A program made the position numbers and the translations under genes. A stretch of DNA of 64,000 nucleotides from Trichoplax adhaerens (Eukaryota; Animalia; Placozoa). Positions 33,243-45,437 of the stretch are shown here, piece by piece (positions within the stretch are counted from its first letter, which is position 1; each line of letters starts with the position of its first letter). Under the pieces are notes generated by a model. It was not told the origin of the DNA, searched no databases, and worked only from the letters and a program-made list of their open reading frames with translations. The stretch lies in NCBI RefSeq assembly GCF_000150275.1, contig NW_002060949.1:5079006-5143005 (forward strand), written 5' to 3'.

Positions 33243-33830
33243 AGTTCATAAGAAACAACAAGATACCGTGAAATTAATATAGTGCCTAGTAGAGTTAGAA
33301 TTTATTCTTGGCATTCTACTACTGTACAGGTATCGAACGGTTAGTTAAAGTATATTCTTAATAAGTTCATAAGAAAACAACCAAATAAAATTGATAAAGG
33401 GCTTATTGGAGGTTGAGTCCATTTTTGGCCTTCAACTACTGTATGAGTATTAAATGATTGGTTAAAATATATTTCCCATCCTTGTACAGGTAAAAGATTT
33501 AATTTCACGTATTAACATAATTACTTAAATCATCTGAAAGGGGGCTGAAAGTCTCTATCACAACATGGATTCTGTTTCTGGCTTATAATATAGGCTGGTA
33601 TAGAATTGCTAGAAAAAAAATAGACTAGGAGATTTCAAGTACTATGCAGGCATTGAACGGTTAGTTAAATACGTTTCCTAACTTAGTACAGGTAAAAGAT
33701 TTATTTATTTCATTTATGAACGTAATTGCTTGGATCATCTGAAATGAAATTGAACGTCTCTATCACAACATGAATTCTGTTTTCTTGCTAATTATATACG
33801 CTAGTATATAATTGCTAGAAAAATAGATTA
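33243..33830. repeat. Overlapping diverged tandem duplications (about 120 bp and about 200 bp units)
   Basis: agttcataagaaa(a)caac...ctactgta...gttaaa at about 33243 and 33364. gtacaggtaaaagattta...atcatctgaaa...gtctctatcacaacatg.attctgttt...aattgctagaaaaa at about 33484 and 33686. Confidence 0.8.
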
Positions 33831-36800
33831 ATTAAGAGAGGCGTTTCTTATTAAAATAAGTGTCATCACCATCCTATTCTAACTCTATCTCTGTTCACTC
33901 CTTTCAAACTTTCTTGTTCTTATTTATAAAAGTACATATACATTTCTAAATTCTCAATACTGGAGCTAATGTAGACTTCCCTAATACAGATTTATTTGCA
34001 AGCTTAAATTCTCATGTAGACGTAACTGTATCATCCATCAAAGTTACTATAACTGACAAAAATTACTGAAATATGATTTATATTCGGTCTTCCAAGTATA
34101 ATAAAATCGCTTCTAACTAAATTCAATATCAAATGCTATAAATAATAAATGGATTAATTAGCGTAATCACCATATGTTTATCACGTCTACAAAAAAAATC
34201 GGAAAAATTTCTTCGATGCTCGGCAGCTGACATCTTAGAAAAATTTATCTAACATAATTATGTACAGTACATAGCGGATACGCTAATGTGTGTTTACAGT
34301 TTGCTATAACTGAAAAAGTACTAAAAATTCACTTTTAGACGATCAAACATACTAGAAAGATATCTTTACGTCTTTATTACCAAAAACTATACTACGGTAG
34401 TAATATTGTTTATGACTATAAATTAAATTAAGCCCAAATTGTCTATATTTTACCACCTGTTGCTCGATATCTGATCGTAAAAACCATCGGATAGTTAAAT
34501 ATGAAAAAGGACATAATAAGTAGGACTGATCTAATTTCAGATTAGACATCAGCAGTCTAGTTATACTAACATTACAAAATTTGTGGATCGATTTTAGTAA
34601 TCATTTTAAGCAACAATTTTACACGTCAATAACCAATATGAGTTTTACGTATATTTATAGATGTTATTAGCGGTATATATAACATTTAAAGATCACTTAC
34701 AATTCAGAACAATATTTCTTCCAAACTGTATAACACGCAATACGATGAAAGCTAGTGTATTCTCTCTTTGAATATTTTTTATAATATGTACTACTTTGAA
34801 GATTATAATGAACCGAAAGCACTGGGTACTTATTCACTAAAAGCTAGCACAACTGAAAGCTCCTGGCAAACATAATCATTCTGATAAAGTCATAAATTGG
34901 AAAATGTTAACTTGATTATTTTCTATATTACCTATTTCTTGGTTATGGTATCATAGCTTTAGCTTGTTTATCCATATAATTAACTGGGAAGGAAACGATT
35001 ACTGTGATGATATACGGAAATAGTATGCTACCGATTTTGTATTCCAGGTGAACGTTTAGCTTATTGGCGCTTCAATCTTATCCTTCTTTACCGTCTTTGT
35101 CTTAGTTAATGAGCTTCAAATAGTAAAAGTATTCCTTTAAAGGTTTGATTTAATAGAGTATGAATTAAGACTTTAAAGCATACGACAACTTAGAAATTGG
35201 ATCGAAAACTTGCAAATGATAGATATCAATAATAGACATTCAGAATGTACTTTTAAACTTGATGAATCAAGAAAAGTAATGATGAACCTAATTTTGAAAA
35301 TTTATCCTTTCGTCATTAACTTATACATCAATAGCTTGATTACGGGGAGGAATAAAGTTGATTAATTAAATTAGACTTTGCAAAGAGCCAATATAGTAGG
35401 ATTTTGATGCTCCCTGACATTATAACTGCTGACTTTATTAATCACCAATGGGTGATTTAATTGTTATGGCAACGTCAATCAATTTAACACGTATAATGTC
35501 ATTGGGCTTAAGTTAACCAGATGATTGTAAGTAAGAATACCTCAGTCAATACTTTGGGCGGGCTAACTATACTTTGCTTGACCTTAAGCAAACGAATTCA
35601 TATTGGCTATAACTATCTAGCTAATCATAAACGGAGAATAACGAAAGATATATGACAACAGAAATCGATCAAATTAAACGATTGACTTGTAATAGATTGA
35701 TGAAAACTATTGATCCCACTGGATTTTACTTTGTCAATATTAAGTTGACAGTCTACCATGAGAAGAGAGAAGAGCGTTTGTAATATCACTTTAAAGTGGC
35801 AAGAATACAATACTTTTGCACTTTATTTAATGCTCAATCAGTACAATAAGGGTTTGATCATATTTTACCGGAGAAAATTAATCAAATTTTATCTGTAGTT
35901 TGTTGATCAGAGACTTTAATTCAATAGTTTGTATTGTCCTATTATATCTATATGAATAGGAGATAAAATTCTCTGGCTAAAATGGTCGATTATATGAAAT
36001 AAGACAACGTGCTATGTCAGCACCATAGCAACTATTTTCGAACAGATACCGTAATTTCTATACTTATTAGAGGCTGTAGGTAATTATGTTTAATACAATA
36101 ACACAACGGAATGAAAGTAAAGGAAGTAATTACTATCAATAATAAAGGAATTGTTACACAATTATCATATTGTCATCTAATGAATACGTAATCAATATCA
36201 CAACGGCAAGTGTATGTTATATGTAATCATTTCGATCTCTTAGTTTCTGACATATTTGTAATTTTTACATCACTATTGTCTGGGTTTGTGGGCCTATACG
36301 TTCTATAGTATAACATCGATAAAATCATATACCGTACCCGACGTAAATTCTGCTAATAAATTAGCAGCAATTGCAAGCACAATAACGTAAGATACAATGA
36401 AGTCATTGTCTTACTGTAATGCTAAGATATCCTTTCAAAAGTACGAAACGTACGCAGACTGTATTTCGTGTACCTTTGGTAGCGTAGAGCGTGATATGTT
36501 AATTAAAACGGCAATAATCGAAGTCAATATTCAGGATAGCTTGAGCTGCCTTTTCAACTGTCAGCATATATTATTACAAGGAACTTGTTGCTGAAATTAT
36601 GAATTATTATGTCTACATATTGTAAAGTGCTGTGATTTGAACATTATAGAAGATATCGTAATCTAATTACTTTACTATGGTTGCTGTATTAACATAGCAA
36701 ATTAGCAATTACAGTAAATTTATGGCAAGAATAATCAACTCTGTTGATAAATACTACAATTATAGGATATTGCAATATCAAAATTAGTTAGTATTTGAAT

Positions 36801-37533
36801 GATACTACGTCGTGGTCATCCAATACTAATTATAATATAATGTATTTCGTAATCTTTATACGGTAATTATGATATATTAAATATAGATAATTATAATAGT
36901 ATGAGATACAAATTTATACAAGATTAATTTCGAACGAATAATTTAAGAATGGCTTCTATCAAAAATGAGCAACTTGTTATCCTTTCTCAAATTTGATTCT
37001 TATAAGACATCATAAAGAAAGAAACCAATTTTTATTCATCTTTTACGATACGCAGATATTTCAAGTAAGAAATTTACATCCAATATTAAGTATCTTAGCG
37101 GTATCAATTTATTGATAAGAATTATAATTGTGCTCCGATATAAGCAAATAAAGAACAATTAAAATAAATTTATGAAACAGAGCATTACTATTTACGTAAT
37201 AGCTAAGTAATGAAAAATTATCATAAAGTACATGTTGTAAATAACGTGGTACACCTACAAGCTTAATACATTACGTACGTATACTTCTTCATTAAGTATT
37301 CCATTCTAATACCGGTTGATGTGATAAACAACCTTTTGTTATCCACTGTTTATCATATCGTACGCGTAAAAAGCTGACAGACTACGATTACAAGAGGCAA
37401 TATAATATGAAGATATGAGTACACACTTTATTACAATAATAACGCTTTCAAATGATTTACTCAAATCTATGATGATTTTATCTTATCCAATAGAAATTTT
37501 ACGTTATTTCCGTTTGTACTAGACAGACAGGAA

Positions 37534-39613
37534 TTATAATTCAAAGTAACAATGAGTCTCAGTTGGAAATCGAATGTTGCTATTTATTCGCCTCCAGATA
37601 GTCAAGTTATCTTTATGTCCAGGCCAATTCGGTAAATTGACTCTTTTGATACATCGAAATGATTTTAAAAGTTCTAATTGGAACTTGCAGGACGTTGATT
37701 GACCCCAAGGATTGAAAGAAAGCGTCTCACCAAATAATTCGCCAATATGGATTATACAATCACCTTCATAATGAGATAAACAATCCACAGAGAAACTGGA
37801 CTCGTCTAGAATAATTACATATATGATGAGAACGCTATAAAGTCATTTATTAATTTATAAACTGTTTCTATTATGCAACAAGTACAGCAGTGGTCGACGT
37901 AAGTATTTACAACTCCAGTAAAAAATGAAGGCCATTAGCAAACTACGCAGAGCATAGCTAAGAAATTCAAATTAACAAGACTAATGCAATATTTATATAC
38001 GATAATGAAAGCTTACCGGTGTCGTCAGGCCAAGCCAGCATAAGTGCATAATCGCTATATTGGGATAATAATTCACTAGATCCAGTCTATGAATAAAAAA
38101 TTTATTAAAATTGTAAAAAATCATTTGGATGTAATATTTCTCGTTGTCATCATGAAATATATTTTATCGCCATAGCCTTCTTTGTTATAGTAGTATTGAA
38201 AAGTTTGAGGCTTTGAAATCTGTAAACTAGAGAACTTAAATCCAGACTAGATCTATGTTAATAGTACATAGTATATGACGCTAACGTTTACGTCATAGCT
38301 GCGTAAACTAAGTAATTCGTGTTCTGAAAAAATACATCATGTCACCATAGCATAAAAGTCATTTACAACTTGTGATTACTAACAAAATATGCCATTTTAA
38401 TTTAATTTAAATGTACCTGCAAAATCTTGCCTTAACTAAATAGAGGCTAAAACATAATATGAATGTAAACTTTAAAAGGCCTAAGTTACCTGAATAGTGA
38501 TATAGTGCATCTCCTTTGGATAAACACCATTAGCATCAAAAGCTATAATCTCAACACCACGCGATGCTAGAAGAAATTCCCAATAACCGCAACCCTGTTG
38601 AGCATAAATATTATATAAAATTGATATTATATTCTTTCATGAATTTAGCCTGCATTTCTTTACAATTAAGAAGAGATTAACGTTTACACATTAAGTTATT
38701 AATAATTATACTGTACATCTAAAGGGTAATCAAGAACTACAGTATTACTAATAATATTTTACTTAACAGAACACTGTCTGAACTACGTACAGCTCCTGCT
38801 GATACAATCTTTCGACGTAAAGAACGAAGGGTATTGATTGCCTCTAGCGTCGGTACCGAAAATGCAAATAAAATTTGCAAAGTTTGACACGAAGTTTTAT
38901 CATCAGGATTCCTGCGAGAATAAATATGTTAAATGATAAAGTTGAACTAAATTAAGTTAGGCAGATACAAAGTCAGATTACAAGCAAGTTAATCACAGTT
39001 CTGTCATCTACAGCATATATTATCTTGATAGATACAATAGACCAAATGATTGGATTTTAACAGGGTAGCTACCATTTTTCTGGATATTAAAAGATATCCG
39101 TTTAGTACGTTTATGGTGTAATAGTAGCCTGCATCATCATTTTACAGAAATAGTAGGAATTTAGTTTACTCTCGACTGTCAAGGTTGAGCAATGGGAGAA
39201 ATGTACGATTTGTTTACAATTTGAGAAGTATTCAATTGAGTATAGATACTGATGTAAAGGTTCACGTTCTCGATTACAATTGTGCCACTAAATAGGCTAT
39301 TCGCAGGCAAACACCTAGTACTGTATTTTATTAGCTATGATATTGTGCCTAAGCCAAGAGGCAGCCATATCGAATAACGCTGGATGCTAGTGATGCAAAG
39401 AAGGAAAATACAAATCTATGCTGGAAATTACCTAATCCAATGCGTTAACTCCTTCTTTCGTTGTTGATCGTAGGTTGGATCGCAAAATCGGACTAAATCG
39501 GGAGGTGCAGCAGCCATTTTCCATTGATAAACAGTGTAGTAAAAAGGATGGCTATTTTCATCTTCAGATCCAACCCGGCGTAATTCAATACTATGAAATA
39601 TCGGGGAAGCCAT
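37534..39613 (-). CDS. Uncharacterised class I SAM-dependent methyltransferase-like protein (about 249 aa, 5 exons)
   Basis: Exons 39432-39613, 38791-38911, 38490-38594, 38017-38086, 37534-37805 splice in phase. Glycine-rich motif I IVSAGAGCGYW, post-I EIIAFD, then ALMLAWPD, IIHIGE and LPNWPGHKDNLTIWRR. Confidence 0.8.
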
Positions 39614-40453
39614 AACCCATAAAAAATTTAAACGCCTTTTCTTTCTACCCGATGAGATATTACCACTACCGCGTTATTCAAGCTTAATTAATTGATAATG
39701 CTCCTGAGTTGAGGCATCCAATGCAGCAATAGTATAATCTCCATAAGAATTTTCACCTCCAAAAAGTCAACATACCCTTTGCCTATTGGAAAACCATTGG
39801 CAATAAATCGATAATGTTGTAACCATTCTGCCAGCTAGGATTAAAATACTGCAATTTATAGCATTGAAGTCGAAGGGGATTTTTGTCCTTACTTTCACGA
39901 CTTTAATCTCCGATATACTTCCATAATTTTGGTAATTTGAATGATCGCAGTCTATGCGATCGCAATTGCCATAGCAATATAGAGCAGATCTGTACCGGTC
40001 CAACTGGTACTCAACCAGTGACAGTAGTAGCCTGAAGTAGCTTACTAACTCAGACGTCAGCGATAATTGCATACTAAATATATAGACAGTCGGCAAAATT
40101 GGTTATGGTATAGACGTTTTAAAAAGGTGGCCAACCAGGCGGTCGATCGTGTTACTCCACTACTGTAGCTCAAACATCAGTGACAATTTCATACTAACAT
40201 ATATCACTAGAATTGGTAGCATTACCTACTCTGCCTTACATAGTTTAAGCTAGGAATTAACTCAAAATTTCCTCTCACTTACCTATAATTCCTTGTTTTC
40301 CCTGTTACTAGCGAAAAGTAGAAATTTTCTTGGACGTTTAGTTTGAGCATAGATCCCTTTTATAGCACTTTTTGCAGGATGCACGCACGAGCTCATGCAT
40401 CGGTGCCAATTTCATACTCAAGTTTATATTTGAATCGGCAGCTAATGTGCCTA

Positions 40454-40595
40454 CAGGGCGTCTCAGAACATTACTGTTTGCGATATTAAAATCTCCAGAA
40501 CATGATCTTACTGCATGCAAAATTTGGAAATAAAGTTGGGACGCATCTTTCATACAGAACTAAATAAGATGTGTCCAGACTTTCCGGACACCCTA
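40454..40595. mobile_element. Possible degenerate Tc1/mariner-type MITE relic (about 142 bp)
   Basis: TA then CAGGGCGTCTCAGAA at the left end and TTTCCGGACACCCTA at the right end (imperfect terminal inverted repeats). Internal 18-bp inverted repeat at 40532-40549 / 40566-40583 with 15/18 matches. No intact right-hand TA target duplication. Confidence 0.3.
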
Positions 40596-41033
40596 CTCTG
40601 TCCTTGCAAACAGCCGAAAGTTCTGCTGGTCCAGGGGTGTGGGGTCAACTCCCCCTGCCCCTCCTCTCTACAGTCCCAAACTACAGTAGTAAGTACTACA
40701 CTTTACAACGCTGTACTGTACTAGTGTACTGTAGTTTGAAGCCTTGAACTATAATATTGCTCGCATCATCTCTAGGTAACCACATCGGACAGCAAGAGCT
40801 TCAATTTGCAGGCCAGCCACCAATGCTATATCTAAAAAAATAAACTAACGGAAACCTTCAACGATCATTCGAGTATTTTGATTTATTAAATCTCGATATC
40901 TTAAAGATCAACAACGATTTGAAAACGGTATACATAAATTCTACTCCAATTAGGTTTAAGTAAGAAATGAATTTCAAATCGTATTTCAATAATAATGATG
41001 AATAACATTGCCTAATGTCAATCTAGATCAACC

Positions 41034-43853
41034 ATGTCTCAAGATAAATTGCATATCCAAACGCCTTTAATTGAAAGCTATCCTTTGTCAAAGCTATTGA
41101 AATGCCCAGTCTATCTCAAGATGGAAAATTTACAACCTTCAGCATCTTTTAAAATTCGTGGTATTGGCAATATATGCCAGAAAGTAAGTTGATGTCAACT
41201 TGTCTTCTTGTCAATCGACTCTTTTTGTTTATCTAAGCTTTTTTCATCAAAATCCATTGATTAATTATCAAGATAATTGCTGACGATAGTATAAACAAGT
41301 TATCACCATTTTATGTAGGTACAGTAGGTTGCTTAGTTAGACATTTTCATCAAAATCCAAATAATATTAATTAATTATATATACAGTACATACGATAGCG
41401 AACAGTAGCATAGATAAATTGCCATCATTCTGGGCAGTACTGTAGTTTAAGTAAGACAGACATTCTTTGTCTTTCTTGATAAAATTGCGCAGCAATTCAT
41501 TTTAGCTGATATTATATACATATAAATGAACCTGTATGACTGGATTACTAATAATAATGTTGAAATAATAGATTACCAGGAAACTCCAATAGCTTAGTAA
41601 ACCTTGTATAATGGCTACGTAGAATCTTGCAATGTAATCAAAAATATCATTTAGGTTGTTTATCGACAACTTTTAGTTTTAATGCTAGAGTACAATATTT
41701 ATATATAACTCTGAACTGACTGAACAATTGACACACTAAGCTTAAACAGATAAAATACGTTTAGCTGTTATAATGGCAGAATGTCATCTTTATACTACAT
41801 AAACATCTGATTTGAATTCATGTTGCTGATCTTGACAACCAAATCCTTATTCTACCGTTATTATAGGCTATAAAGAATGGATGCACACATATTATTGGAT
41901 CTTCAGGTAAATGACACAGCTCTTACTTTATTTTATAATACCCGTATTGTATTGGAAAAGTTTACTCGCGATGGCGATGTTATTACGGATTGTACGTGAT
42001 CAACTTCTGTAAATCGAATCGAATTTCTTAAAGTGAGATACTCTATCATATCTTCATTCACAGTCGATGCAATAAGACTTATCTTTCATAATTAAATATA
42101 ATGTATTACCAAATATCAATATGAACTGTAATGACTATCAATAAAATCATTCAGATAGCAACAGTTCGAATAAAAAGTTGAAGTGAAGCTCAACTCTAAA
42201 GGATAATTAAAGGCAAACTATAATTTCTCTGTTATGAAAGCAGTAATCAAAAAATAAAATTGAAAATACTGCTGTATGCTTAAAAATTGTACATAAAATT
42301 ACAATTATATCTTCTTGTTATAAATGTCATATTAGGCGGTAATGCCGGATTAGCTATGGCTTACGCTACACACAAGTTAGCAGTTAAGTGTACCATCGTG
42401 GTTCCTTGTCCTACACCCCAACACTTAAAGGACACCATTGTTGAACTAGGTGCAAACCTGGTTGTCAAAGGCCAGGTAAAATTAGTATCAAATGACATTA
42501 TATTAATATTACTAATAAATTTTGCTGTACAATGTGCTATATTCTAATGTCAATATTTTTAAGTTAAGCAAAGAAAGGCAATAAGATAATTAACTGTTTT
42601 TCTCATTTATACCATACTAAATTGCGTCTCAACTAGGAAATATAAATAAAGTTAACATGTTATCGCCAAAAATTACCACCTTATGAATTTAAGAAACTTT
42701 AAATATTTGAAAAAATAAATCCTATTTAAATATCTTTAGATATGGAATGATGCTGAAGCTGCTGCAAAAGAAATCGCCAAAGAAACAGGTTACACAATAG
42801 TGAACAATCAATTCCAAATGGAAAATAAAAATTCCCTAAACGAGATTTGAAAGATTTTGAAATTGCTGCTTTTTATATTTTAGGTGGCTGGTACTTACCC
42901 CCATTTGATCATCCTGACGTTTGGTACGTGTTGGTACACGGTGTTAAGTATACAAAGAGTTTATCTAAGATCACATTTTTGTATTACAGGGAAGGTAACT
43001 CATCAATCATGGATGAAATCCAATCACAGATTCCAGAAAAGCCAGGCGCATTAGTAGTAGCTGTCGGAGGGGCTGGATTATTGTTAGGGATTTTGCAAGG
43101 CATGCACCGTTTTGGCTGGTCTGATGTACCGATCATTACTGCTGAAACTGAAGGCACTAGGAGCTTTGCGGAAACCTTCAAGGCTGGAGAATTGGTTACG
43201 TTGCCAACAATTACAGGGTAAAATTTAAGCTCTATGTATATTGCTATCATATCTTTAGTCGTTTATGGTCCCTTTTATATCACGATATATTTATATATTA
43301 TATAGTATACTCTAATAGCTTATAGCAATAAGATTTAAATCAAAATCTTCAATTATAGAATTGCAAAGTGTCTTGGTGCTCGTGCCGTTGCTTCCGAATG
43401 CGTTAAATGGCTTAAAATTCACACTTTTCATCCAGTTTTGGTAGAAGATCGAGAAGCTGTAAATGCCTGCTCACGATTCGCAGGTATCTTTTCTATTTAT
43501 AAATATTTTTATAGTATCATAACGTAATAAATGCACTTTGATAACAAGTATGATTTATCTATCGAAGTGGGATCTGTACAAGTTTAATAGATTTGAAATG
43601 TCCGACAACAGTAACTCCATTGTTATACTTGTTACTGTATCCTCATACTTTATATTCATTAATAGATGATCACAGGACATTAGTACAACCTGCATGTGGA
43701 GCCGGTTTAGCGGTCGCTTACAGTGGGAAATTAGAGGAATTGCGACAGAATGGACATATAAAGACGGACAAGCCGATTGTTATCATAGTTTGTGGCGGTT
43801 ATAGCGTAACACATGAACTAATGCAAGGCTGGAAAAAAGAATTTAATCTATAA
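41034..43853 (+). CDS. SDS: L-serine/threonine dehydratase (SDS/SDSL family, PLP-dependent; about 319 aa, 8 exons)
   Basis: Exons 41034-41183, 41867-41906, 42336-42475, 42740-42788, 42884-42923, 42990-43217, 43359-43483, 43666-43853. Motifs: LHIQTPL, YLKMENLQPSASFKIRG (PLP Lys), SSGGNAG, PPFDHP, VGGAGLL, LVQPACGA, IVCGG. Confidence 0.92.
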
Positions 43854-45437
43854 AATAAAAAGAGAATCGTTAGTTAAACTAAAAATTGGTTCACTGTAGA
43901 CTTACCGTTTGCTCTTACATTTGTAAAAGTCTAGTGATCTTAATAGTGTCATCAGTATATACTGATTGTATAAGCAAGTTGCCTACTCTGACTAATGGAT
44001 GTATGGGATTATCATCACGGCAATTGTTGCGTATTTATTTACTGGACTATCTGCCGATGTTAATCTGCCGTTTAAAGAAGTTATTTATTTACAATTAAAT
44101 AAACTGCGGATAACTTTCCGTATCATATCTATACCACTTCCCTTATTACTGGATCTATTAAATAATAAATAAAGTAACTAATACTCGATTAGCACTACTT
44201 GGGAATATAAACGGATAAATATTCGTTCTTTTATCTAAGATGGCTATTAATACTCCACGTCACTAAGACTAAAAAAAGAAATGAAATCAGTGATGTACAT
44301 ACGTTTACTAATCTAAATCTAGCACACGACTATAATGTAATCTACACGTACAGTAGTTTCTCGATTTCTAAAATATACCTAGAACCGTATACTACCCTAG
44401 ACAGTCAGAATTATAACTCCTTCAGCAACATCGCTACAGTTTATTGTGTTAAAATGAATACTTATAAAAACCATCTTAGCAGGAAATCTAAAATAATAAT
44501 ACAGTATTACCTGGACAAATCTAATGATAATCTTGATATACAGTAATCCGTTTATAATACTTATATCGGAGAAAATGAACTGTGTTTCATACATTACAAT
44601 ATTTAATTTTTCTAGTCTGTATATGCAACCAGTACAGTATACAATTATCTATACAGTGCATGTACATGTACTGTAAATACCACTTAATATCATTACGTTT
44701 ATATTAGCAATTTTAACTCTTTGCCCGAAGTTTAACTATAGTATGTTCAATTTTGCTACGACCAAGAAATCTTCAGTCTCATAATATAGTATTTAACTTC
44801 TCTAGCTAAGTAGTTATAATATGCAATATTGAAGGGACGTTTTTTAAGCGAGGTCGAAAACCTAATAATTGTAATTACTTTGAATAGTTTGCAATATAAA
44901 GAAAAAATATTAACATGTGTACTGTGTTGATACTTATGTAGGTAGGTTCAGACGCACAGCCAGTATACTCTTACTAATTGCAATCATTTATTACAAATGA
45001 AGTAATTCCTGCAATAGTTAAGAATTAAACAGACCAGCTTTTGTCATTGAAAAATGCAATTTAAAAGAATATGGTCAGTTGACACTTTACCAAGTTTAGG
45101 TGGGTTTATCAATTAAGTTAATTTTAAACCGCACGAAATTTAAGAGTGACGTATAATTGAAAACAAAAAAGCATAATATTTGTCCTGACCAGAGAAAAGC
45201 ATATTCACCTGCCAGCAAGTTTTGAGAATAAATCCATTGAAAATAATGTTTTCTCTAATGGTAATACAGCGGTAAAGGCAATGTACCGTAACTTGTATAC
45301 GGTAATCAGAATGTTAAATTATAATTACACATGCTCACATATAATAACTCCTTGATATTAAAATGATTTCGTTTTAAATTAACTTTCAAAAGCTATATAT
45401 ATATATACACATAGATGACGGATTCCTCTCATTAAAT

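Noticed and set aside
39767-40096. 109-aa ORF upstream of the methyltransferase-like gene
   Set aside because: Non-ATG start, lies in the promoter/5'-UTR zone, and has no domain-like pattern or clear in-phase splice to the gene.
43484-43665. Possible U12-type intron in SDS (donor gtatctttt)
   Set aside because: The donor deviates from GTATCCTT and there is no TCCTTAAC-like branch point near the acceptor.
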